Source of the DNA: Octopus sinensis
Taxonomy: Eukaryota
NCBI RefSeq assembly: GCF_006345805.1
Contig: NC_043011.1
Span: forward strand, 60,090,464-60,154,463
Direction of reading: 5' to 3'
Length of the DNA: 64,000 nt
The stretch's first letter is position 1. Each line of letters opens with the position of its first letter. The translations under genes were made by a program, and so were the position numbers. Below the pieces are notes generated by a model. That model was given only the letters and a program-made list of their open reading frames with translations, was not told the DNA's origin and made no database searches. Of the stretch, positions 25,654 through 36,634 are shown in pieces.

Positions 25654-27190
25654 ATGTGTGTAAATGTGTGTTTGTCTTGTCTTTTTTGTTTATCCCTACC
25701 AGTGTTTGACAACCAGTGAGGGTTTGTTTACATCCCTGTAACTTACTAGTTTAGCAAAAAGCGACTGATAAAATAAGTACGGACATCCATTTGTTCGAGT
25801 AAACCTTTCAAGGAAGTGCCTCAGTATGGCTGCAGTCCAATGATTGAAACAAGTAAAAAACAAATGTAAAAAATTAAAACAAAATAAAAGCCAAAAAGAA
25901 ATACATTATCCAGTTACTGTGTAGATCTGATGAAAATATGTGAATGCAATACACAGTATAATATATATATATACACACACACACACTTATATATATATGC
26001 CCACCCACATGCACACTATAATGATAAATCATAAAACCCTCGTGAATAATTTTTCTACAAGATTTGATTGCAAAAGAAGCATTGCTTTTATTGTTAAAAG
26101 AAATTTCTAAAGACCAGTTTCAAACTGAAATCAGTAGATCAATACTGTTAACAAGTCCAGCTTTAGTTCCTATGAGATCAAAGATAATTTATATTGAATA
26201 ACTCTTTAGTGATGTTATTCTATTGACTGTCAATCACAACTAACTTCAGAGAGTTATTTTTTCATTGTTAATTGAAAGAATATTCTTGATGTCTCAAAGA
26301 TTTTTTTTTATATAAAATCAATTGATATTGTTTATGTTGCTTAATTCAGCCCTGACTGAGCTAAACCTACGATCAAAGATATTTCAGCTGTGATCATCCC
26401 CGTTTATTCCTATCATAATGTACTATGGACTGCTAATATCTTAGGCATCCCATTTTGTTTTTGTTTTTTGTTTTTTTGTTTATAAAGATGACAATGTATG
26501 ATCTGAGGAAAATTTGGCTGCTATTTCTAACATGTTGAATGACCACATAGAGGATCCTCCATTGGTCCATGACAACAATTGTATCATTTTAGCTTTAGTT
26601 TGCTTAATTAAGAAAAAGCAGATGTAAGAATGTTGGCAAAGGTGAGGTAGTACTTTATCCAAGACATATATAAATACACGAACACATTATAAGTATGGGT
26701 ATAGCTGTGCGGTTAAGAAGTCTGCTTCTGAATCACATGGTCTCAGGTTCACTCCCACTGCATGGTACCTTAGGCAAGTGTCTTCTTTTATAGCCACAGG
26801 CTAAATCATGAACAAATTTAGCAGACAGAAACTGAAAGTATCCCATCATGTGAGTGAGTGAGTGAGTGAGTGAGTGAGTGGGTGGGTGGGTTTGTGAGTG
26901 AGTGATTGAGTGAGTGTGAGTGTGTGTGTGTGTGTGTGCATTACTGTCTCCTTGCTTGAACTTCATGTGATAAAGTACTACTTCACTTTATATTGAACCT
27001 GATGACAATTTTTGGCTCACACACACAAACATACAAACACAGAAAGACAAATACAAAGACATAGGCACACAAAAGATGACATACATAGATCTGTATCATA
27101 CATTCACCCAATATAAATATATTTTATTTTCTTAAACCCAAGATTAATTTCAGAGTAATATTTCAAATTTATATTTCCAATTCCACATAG

Positions 27191-27289
27191 AAATGCCGGA
27201 TTCTCTTCAAGAAAGTATGGATATGAAAGTGGAATATTCTATTTCTGACAAGTCAATTTGGAAAATGGAGCCAGATAATAAAGCTGTTG
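27191..27289 (+). CDS. Candidate 99-nt coding exon (copy 1), product unknown
   Basis: Acceptor tttccaattccacatag, frame MPDSLQESMDMKVEYSISDKSIWKMEPDNKAV and GC-type donor G|GCAAGT. Confidence 0.3.
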
Positions 27290-27969
27290 GCAAGTTAATT
27301 ATTATCAAATGAAATTGTAACACACAAGAAGCAGAAAGTTAACAAAATCGGAAGTGATCTATGGAGTATTCATTGATTTTCTGTCAGGTTCTACATTAAG
27401 GAGTTCACTTCGTTTCTGTTTTGTTTTAGTAAATATTTCTATGTGCAAACGAAGATAATCTTAAGCTGATAAATATCAATTTATTCTTTTAGTGGTTTCA
27501 GTCATTGGACATCAGCCATGCTGGCATGATGCCTTCGAGGGATTTACTTGATCACATTGGCCCCAGAACCTATTACAATCTGGTGCTGCTCATTTTATCA
27601 ATCTCTATTTATAAAATGGCTTGGTTAAGTTTTTTTTCTTTCTTGAGATTAAAGGAGATAACTTCACACACCAATTTGCACAGGTAAACGGAAGCATAAA
27701 TACACGAACACATTATAAGTATGGGTATAGCTGTGAGGTCAAGAAGTTTGCTTCTGAATCACATGGTCTCAGGTTCACTGGCACAGGAGTGGCCATATAG
27801 GCGCAGGAGTGGCTGTGTGGTAAGTAGCTTGCTAACCAACCACATGGTTCCAGGTTCAGTCCCACTGCATGGCACTTTGGGCAAGTGTCTTCTACTATAG
27901 CCCCGGGCTGACTTTGCCTTGTGAGTGGATTTGGTAGACGGAAACTGAAAGAAGCCCATCGTATATATG

Positions 27970-28003
<34 letters not shown>

Positions 28004-28255
28004 CATTACTGTCTCCTTGCTTGAACTTCATGTGATAAAGTACTACTTCACTTTATATTGAACCTGATGACAATTTTTGGCTCACACACACAAACATACA
28101 AACACAGAAAGACAAATACAAAGACATAGGCACACAAAAGATGACATACATAGATCTGTATCATACATTCACCCAATATAAATATATTTTATTTTCTTAA
28201 ACCCAAGATTAATTTCAGAGTAATATTTCAAATTTATATTTCCAATTCCACATAG

Positions 28256-28354
28256 AAATGCCGGATTCTCTTCAAGAAAGTATGGATATGAAAGTGGAAT
28301 ATTCTATTTCTGACAAGTCAATTTGGAAAATGGAGCCAGATAATAAAGCTGTTG
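28256..28354 (+). CDS. Candidate 99-nt coding exon (copy 2), identical to copy 1
   Basis: Same sequence shifted by 1065 bp. Confidence 0.28.
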
Positions 28355-28863
28355 GCAAGTTAATTATTATCAAATGAAATTGTAACACACAAGAAGCAGA
28401 AAGTTAACAAAATCGGAAGTGATCTATGGAGTATTCATTGATTTTCTGTCAGGTTCTACATTAAGGAGTTCACTTCGTTTCTGTTTTGTTTTAGTAAATA
28501 TTTCTATGTGCAAACGAAGATAATCTTAAGCTGATAAATATCAATTTATTCTTTTAGTGGTTTCAGTCATTGGACATCAGCCATGCTGGCATGATGCCTT
28601 CGAGGGATTTACTTGATCACATTGGCCCCAGAACCTATTACAATCTGGTGCTGCTCATTTTATCAATCTCTATTTATAAAATGGCTTGGTTAAGTTTTTT
28701 TTCTTTCTTGAGATTAAAGGAGATAACTTCACACACCAATTTGCACAGGTAAACGGAAGCATAAATACACGAACACATTATAAGTATGGGTATAGCTGTG
28801 AGGTCAAGAAGTTTGCTTCTGAATCACATGGTCTCAGGTTCACTGGCACAGGAGTGGCCATAT

Positions 28864-29034
28864 AGGCGCAGGAGTGGCTGTGTGGTAAGTAGCTTGCTAA
28901 CCAACCACATGGTTCCAGGTTCAGTCCCACTGCATGGCACTTTGGGCAAGTGTCTTCTACTATAGCCCCGGGCTGACTTTGCCTTGTGAGTGGATTTGGT
29001 AGACGGAAACTGAAAGAAGCCCATCGTATATATG

Positions 29035-29067
<33 letters not shown>

Positions 29068-29270
29068 TTGTGTGTCTGTGTTTGTCCTCCTAGCATTGCT
29101 TGACAACCAATGCTGGTGTGTTTACGTCCCCGTCACCTAGCAGTTCGGGCAAAAGAGACCGATAGAATAAGTACTGGGCTTACAAAGAATAAGTCCCGGG
29201 GTCGATTTGCTCGACTAAAGGCGGTGCTCCAGCATGGCCGCAGTCAAATGACTGAAACAAGTAAAAGAGA
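28864..29270 (+). mobile_element. Family A SINE, full length, inserted into an older SINE
   Basis: Complete head, TG tract and tail. The older SINE resumes at 29271 (tttaacagacagaaactgaaag). Confidence 0.88.
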
Positions 29271-30435
29271 TTTAACAGACAGAAACTGAAAGAATCCCAT
29301 CGTGTGTGTGTGCATTACTATCTCTTCGCTTGAACTTTATGTGATGGATGTAAACCATCATGCAAGCAATATTCTTCTTCCCCAGTCTTCCATGAAAACA
29401 ATGTCCGATAATAGAGAATATAACCTTATTTGGAAACTGGATTGGTGATAGGAAGAGTATCCAGCTGTAGAAAATCCACCTCAACAAATTCCATCTGACC
29501 CATGCAAGCATGGAAAAGTGGACGTTAAGATGGTAGTGATAATGATATACTCTAAATAATGTATTGAGTGTTCTTTTATTTTGTTTCTTCTAGCTCGTGT
29601 GTGTGTGTGCGTGTGCAATCATAGTGCTGCAACAAACTTATCCAAATATTGAAATTCACAAATTAAACTTTTGCTGAAACTGTAGCTACTTTATAAATGC
29701 GGTTGCTCTTCTTAATTCCAACAACAACTCATAGTTAGATGGTAGGTGGTACCATTTTTTAAAATAAGACAAATTTATGTGCCATGAGAAAAGGTGACTT
29801 ATTGACATTTTACAAGAGCAATTTTTCATTTCTTTAAAGAAATCTCTTGTCTGAAATTCTTACCACACTTGGAATTATTTTATTGCACAAATTTGATTAA
29901 CTACCTTTGAGCTAACACAGAACAACACTAGTTTTGTCTGACACCAGTCTTTGTTGCTTGTGTAGTTATTGTAAGTAGACTGGGAAATGTTAAAGTAAAC
30001 TCTATTTATCTAAGGATTCAGGGAAATGACCACTCGTTGAGTTGGAATTCATTCAAGATTATTTGTATTGTCGGAAATTACAAGACAAGTCGTGTATTTA
30101 AATAATGTCATGCAATAGTTCTGTTAATGCAATAGAATTGTGGTTAACTGATTCAATACAATAGATTTAGTATAATAAATATGCTATGATAAAGTCTGGT
30201 CAGAGATTACATGCCAAACACTGTCCTGCAGTGTTTGTGGGTTGTGATATTCTAGTTGTGTTACTGACATTGGAACCCTTTTATTGACATCTAATTACTG
30301 AAAACTGAGCCAATGAACAAGCGGTTATGTAGACATTTGACCAGCTAGAAATAATAACCAAATCTTCCTTACATCATACTCAACCATCTTAGAAAATAAT
30401 GGACACATTGGACAATGGTCCCTGGTAAATTGTAT

Positions 30436-31017
30436 ACTCTTTACTCTCTCTTTTTACTCTTTTACTTGTTTCAGTCATTTGACTGTGGCCATGCTGGAGC
30501 ACCACCTTTAGTCGAGCAAATCAACCCCAGGACTTATTCTTTGTAAGCCTACTACTTATTCTATCGGTCTCTTTTGCTGAACTGCTAAGTTACAGGGATG
30601 TAAACACACCAGCATCAGTTGTCAAGCAATGTTGGGGAGACAAACACAGACACACAAACATATACACACACGTATATATATATATATATATATATATAAA
30701 ATCCACCTGATGAATGTCATTTGAAGACAGGAAACAATTGTAGTGGTGATTTATTTACTTTATATTAAAATTTTTTATGTATTGATTAAGTCTTTCCTTG
30801 TTTGATTTGCAAAATAGTGGTTTTGTCTCTAATAATATTATATATATATATATATATGACAGGCTTCTTTCAGTTTCCGTCTACCAAATCCACTCACAAG
30901 GCTTTGGTTGGCCTGAGGCTATAGTAGAAGACACTTTCTTGAAGGTACCACAGAGTGGGACTGAACCCGGAACCATGTGGTTGGTAAGCAAGCTACTTAC
31001 CACACAGCCACTCCTGC
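30436..31017 (-). mobile_element. Family A SINE carrying a hammerhead module in its (TA)n tract
   Basis: Tail at 30436-30670 and head at 30855-31017, with about 140 bp of foreign sequence between TA tracts. Confidence 0.88.
30703..30746 (+). ncRNA. Type I minimal hammerhead ribozyme motif
   Basis: CCAC-CUGAUGA-a-UGUC-auuugaa-GACA-g-GAAA-CAAUUG-UA-GUGG. Stems I and II pair, stem III is palindromic (ACAAUUGU), and the cleavage triplet is GUA. Confidence 0.82.
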
Positions 31018-32676
31018 GTAAATGGAGATAATAAGAGTTGCTCATGGGTGAAGTGCCTTTGATCTCAATGGTTTAGTCAATCAGGTTTGAATCGAAACTA
31101 AGCTACTAAAAGTACTGAAATGACGATGCTGCCATTTAATCTTCCTCGTTATGGTCATAGTGGGGGATATTCTTAAAGATATCCTAATTATGACCATAAG
31201 CAAAAAGTAAATAAAAATATGGGGTGTAGATCTTAAAGGTTGAGTTTATTTGCAGAAGGGTATTAAATATGCACGCTTTGTTTTAATCATGTCTCGTTTT
31301 GCTAATACTTAAATTACTTTGATACAAGGACTGCATTTCTGAGCATGTATTTACACCAAAATGCACTTAAGCAAAGAAAGCTTGGTGTCAATGAGCCGAG
31401 TGGAAGTAAGAATAAACATCTATATTTTAATGGAATCACAGTTGAATATTAACCATTACCGAGAGAGGAGATGCTGGAATTCATTTCATAATTGACTAAA
31501 ATAGTCTGTAAACAGAAAGCAATTAGTTAACTTTGGATTTCTTAACAAACTTAGAAAGATGGAAATTTCAGCTCACACTAAGAAAACTCTGACCTGGCAG
31601 GTTCAAGATTTTGATAAATTTTCATGTTTCATGAATAATAGGATTAGCAAAAGTAGGTAAGATCTTAAAGGAAACAAGCATAAAAAAATCTGCTCCAATG
31701 AATTTCATCTGACCCATTCAAGCAATAAAAAATGGATTTTAAAACAATGATGATGATGGAAAAGTAAATCTGAAAACAAAAAAAAAAAAAAGAAAAAAAA
31801 GGAATAACTGCACCAAAAGAAAACCATAATGTTTGGAATGGATTAACAAAGGACCATAAAATAAAATGAATATATCTGAGATTCGTGTTTTAGATGTTTT
31901 ATTTCTAGTAACTGATATAAAATAAAGATTAATAGATATTATAGATATATGCAGAGAGAATAGCATGAATAAATGTATGTAACTCAGCAAATACCAATTC
32001 TGTAAACAATTGTTGAAATGTTTGAAGAAAGCTGTGTACAAATAACAGAATGTCAATCTTAAAAACTAAAATTATTCTCTATAAATATCTCGGTGTCATT
32101 AACCAATGTGAGAACTTCTATAGAGTTTATCAACCCGCTAGAAATGACAGTGAAAACACCCCTCAAATGACACCCTACTATCTTGGAAAGAGAAGTACAC
32201 ATTAGACAGTATAGTCCTAGATAGGCAATGCTTGATAAACTGACAGGATGATTGTGGTTAGAATTCCTTTTGCTCAACAGAGCAGATTTATCAGGTCAGG
32301 CCTGGGTCTAAATAATAACGATATGTTATGTGTCCAAGATTTGTTGGGAAAATATTTTATCAAGAGATTCCTCATTGTCATTTTTAATGTCCATCTTCCC
32401 ATGGTTGCAGTGTTTGTATGGAAATCAATGAGTTAGATTTTGATTTTCTACGGTTGGATGCCCATACAATCACCAGCCCTCATCTGGTTCCGAGCCAAGT
32501 AATATTTCCCCATGGCCAGATACATTTTTCATGAAAGATTGGAAACAAATAATAGCACTACCTGTAAGTCAGTGACGCTCGTTTACTATCATCATGGGAT
32601 GTCAAGACAAGCAGACCCCACCTCGACACACACACACACACACACCCATCCATCCATCCATACATACATACATACA

Positions 32677-32712
<36 letters not shown>

Positions 32713-33170
32713 TAATATGTGAGGTTTTGGTACCAGAAGTCCCAAGAGGCAGGTAAGGCTATGTAAGTGCTACACAAGGACCGCTATTAGACTCCTGGTT
32801 CGATAATAGTGTGAGAGAGGAGTCTTAGGTGGGTCATGTATAGGTTAAATAAAATGAGTCAGAAAAAGCCAAGGCAGTGTGAAATTTCTAGGACATTTAT
32901 AAAGAGAAAGTTGTTCTTACAATTGTTCCAAAGATATAAAGGATATCCCATAATCAGAGACGATATGGGAGATTTACATAGAAGGAATTAATAGAATTCA
33001 ATATAAGAAGTTATTTTGGAAAGGGAGAGATATTGGAAGTATAAAGGGAAATATGGGAATAAAAATAAAAATATATGTTGGATGTTACAGTTGGAATTTA
33101 CAAGACAAGAAGCCTTTTTACCCATTCTACACAGCACTTTCCTTGGATAATGGAACTGCAACTGTAACAG

Positions 33171-33233
33171 CGGAATTGAGTGAGACCTAGAATTCCTTAT
33201 GATCATAGGAGTTCTAGGTCTCACTCAATTCCG
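33171..33233. repeat. 63-bp near-perfect palindrome/hairpin
   Basis: 22-bp perfect arms CGGAATTGAGTGAGACCTAGAA, then one U-G pair and one bulge, with a TGATCA centre. Confidence 0.9.
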
Positions 33234-33851
33234 ATGATCCAATTTGGCTGCTATTTATAGCAGAGCAAAGAAGCTTGGCTAGAAAAAGCTGTCCAGCTGC
33301 TTTTTGCCTTTCTTTGTGTAGTATGCTTGGAATGTTGAATCATTAATATATGATAGTTACATTTCTGTCCAGTAGGAGCCTAAAGTAGAACTGAGGTGTC
33401 AAAAACACACACACACACATTTTTTGCTTGTTTCAGTCTCTGGACAGCAGCCATGCTGGGGCACCACACTGAAGAATTTTAGATGAATGGATCAACGCCT
33501 GTACTTATTTTTCAAAACCTGGTGCTTATTCTATTGGTCTCCTTTGCTGAAGAACTAAGACACAGGCAAGGAAACACAGCAACACCAGTTGCTAGGCAAT
33601 GGTGGGAGACAAACACAAACACAAACACACACACACACACGTATATGAGGGACTTCTTTCAGTCTCTATCCACCAAATCCAAGGCTTTGGTCAGCTTGAG
33701 GCTATAATAGAAGACACTTGCCCAAGGTAGCATGCAGTGAAACTGAACCAAAAACCATGTGGTTTGGAATGCGACTTCTTACCACACAACCACACTTGTG
33801 CATATTTACACACACACATACACACACACATACACACACACATATATATAT

Positions 33852-33888
<37 letters not shown>

Positions 33889-35107
33889 CGTATAGGTGTG
33901 TGTGTGTAATATTTAGTAGTTTTAATCAACTGGTTGAAAACTATAGAAGCATTTCTGGAGAGGGTGACTGTATACAAACTAGAGTGAAATATATTATCAA
34001 CAGTGATTTGACTGAGACCTCAGGTTTCATCCTCAATAGTTTATTCACCATGAATATGTGAATAAGTCATTCAGAGCAAAGCCTAAAGTCCCACTCAAAT
34101 CTATACTCTGCACCATTGTTTTAACATCTACTTCAGCATGCTAGCAGGGTTCAGGAGGAAACTTATAGGACAGATTTTCCAATTCTTTCCCATCACTAAT
34201 ACCTGTTTCCAAGCAAGGTAATATTTTCTTGTGGCTCAACATGTTTTCATGGAAGATTAAACATGAATGACACAGATTCTATGATGGCGACACTGCTTTC
34301 ATTGGACAGTGGCCATGCTGGGGCAATGCCATGAAGAATTTTTGGTCAAATGAATTGACTCCTGTACTTATTTTTAAAGTCTGGTACTCACTCTGTTAGT
34401 CTTTTTTTTTTATCTTTTTGCCAAACTATTAAGTTATAGGGATGTAAAAATACCAACACCAGCTGTCAAGTGGTGATGGGGGACAAAGACACACACATAT
34501 ATACGATGGGCTTCTTTCAGTTTCCATCCACCAAATCCACTCACATGGTTTTGCTTGGCCTGAGGCTAGAGTAGAAATGTGCTGAAGGTGGCACATAGTG
34601 GGACTGAACCAGATGGGAAGCAAACAAATTATCATACTGCCATGCATCACACAATATCATGACAATGGTACACAATGGGCTTCTTTCAGTTTCCATTTAC
34701 CAAATTCACTCACAAAGATTTTTTGGTTTTTCTTTAGCCCAAAGGTATAGTGGAAGACACTTGCAAGAGGTGCCAACACAATGGGACAAAACCCAAAACA
34801 ACATGGTTGATAAGTAAACTTCTTACTTCCTTCTCACAAGACAGCAGGATATTGGATATTTAGTTGCTATTTCTAGGAGATCAAACAAACAATAAAGCCT
34901 TCTTCATTGGCTTGTCTTCTTAAAGTGGAAACAACAAAAGTAAAACACCTCCACTTCCACAGCAAAAGAAATAGAATAACATAAGTACTAAATCTCATTG
35001 CGCAATGTTTGAATAAGAATACTCTATTATCTTTCAGACTTTATCTAAATATAACTTTATTTTATTGCTATATTACTGATCTAATTCCATATATATATAT
35101 ATATATA

Positions 35108-35158
<51 letters not shown>

Positions 35159-35280
35159 GACAGAGACAAACACATACATACATACTAATTGCTATTATAA
35201 GTCAGAAGTGAAACTGTATTACTATGTCTACATCAAAGAAGATTTAATAATTTCAGAGTTAAGTAATAATAATAATAATG

Positions 35281-35332
<52 letters not shown>

Positions 35333-36302
35333 TGATTCTAATAATAAACTCCCCAAGAATATCCCTTATAACCAAAGTAACCTTATTTGTTCCATTGAAA
35401 ATAGATTTTCAGAATGTAAATAAATAAATGAATAAAGAAATATTTCAAGCAATCCCACTGTAATATCCTGGTTGCTTTCTGTTGTCTTCTTTTCAGTTTT
35501 TGAGTTATATTTAAAATCACTTATTATAGCTGCAAAACTAAATAAATAAACAAACAAGCTAACAAATATTAAGTCACAGTAATAAAACTTAGACCCTTAA
35601 ATTCTTAATACTACAAAACCATAAATGAACAAAAAGCCAAAAAAAAATTAGCAAAAGTAAAAAAAAAAAATAGTAAAAACAAAAAAAAATTTTGTTTTGC
35701 TACTTCAAAGAATTTGATGCTAAATGCCTTTAAGTGTTTTTGTTTTTAACTATTTTGTTTTAGTTTTATTTTAATGATGCTTCTCCTCTAAGAATGATTT
35801 TCTTTTAAAACCACAAAGTAAAATTCACAAAAAAAAGATTATTTTAGAGCACGCTGCTGAATCCCAGCTTATTGTAATCCTCTCAAATTTTGACACACAC
35901 ACACACACACACACACATGTTGATTTCTGAAAAGTTTACATTTTATGTAAACTGTCCAAAGAAAGATGTGAAGCACTATAATACATCTTGCTGCAGATAT
36001 ATTTGTAAAAGATTCCAAATGGAAAACTTCCTGAAATAGTCTGGTGTGTAAAAATATGACAAAAAAATTTAATGGGACAAATACAAAAATACAAAAAAAA
36101 ATAAATAAAAATATTTTTTCATTTCAATTCAAGAAAATAAAATTGATAGAGTGTTTCATTTCAGCTTGCTGAAATGAAATATTTTGATTTTAAATATAAA
36201 TATATAAATAAACGAATAAGTGCAGATATTTATAGATATTGTCAGTGGATCATATATCCAAAAGAGAAACACACTGTAAACGTAAGAGCAGTAATGCATT
36301 TA

Positions 36303-36491
36303 TAGGGAGGTAAATATATGGCCAGTCATTGAGTGACCAATGGTTTCACATCCATTGGGTGGCTTAGCCTTATAGATGGCTCATCAGTCTTTTATGGCGG
36401 AGAGAGTCTGGTGAGCTGTCTAAAAGGCTAAGCACGTTATGGATGTGAAACCATTGGTCACTCTATGACCAACCATATATTTAACTTCCTA
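36303..36491. mobile_element. Foldback/MITE-like inverted repeat (arms about 85 bp, spacer about 20 bp)
   Basis: 36303-36387 pairs with 36408-36491, including a perfect GAGTGACCAATGGTTTCACATCCAT block. TA at both ends. Confidence 0.8.
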
Positions 36492-36531
36492 CAAATATAG
36501 AAATAAATAGATTGACAGATAAAGAGATAGG

Positions 36532-36532
<1 letters not shown>

Positions 36533-36563
<31 letters not shown>

Positions 36564-36588
36564 TAGATAGATAGATAGATAGATAGAC

Positions 36589-36614
<26 letters not shown>
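36533..36614. repeat. (GACA)n-(GATA)n microsatellite
   Basis: Read directly. Confidence 0.97.

Positions 36615-36634
<20 letters not shown>

Larger units (their letters stand above)
26921..29067 (+). repeat. Near-identical tandem duplication, period 1065 bp
   Basis: Identical ORF translations at 27505/28570. Sequence matches between the TG tracts at 26921, 27982 and 29047. Confidence 0.95.

Noticed and set aside
25916-25957. actgtgta..CTGATGA..tacacagt, resembling the 10.2-kb hammerhead
   Set aside because: The second box is GAAU, there is no stem II, and the pairing arms are out of register with the core.
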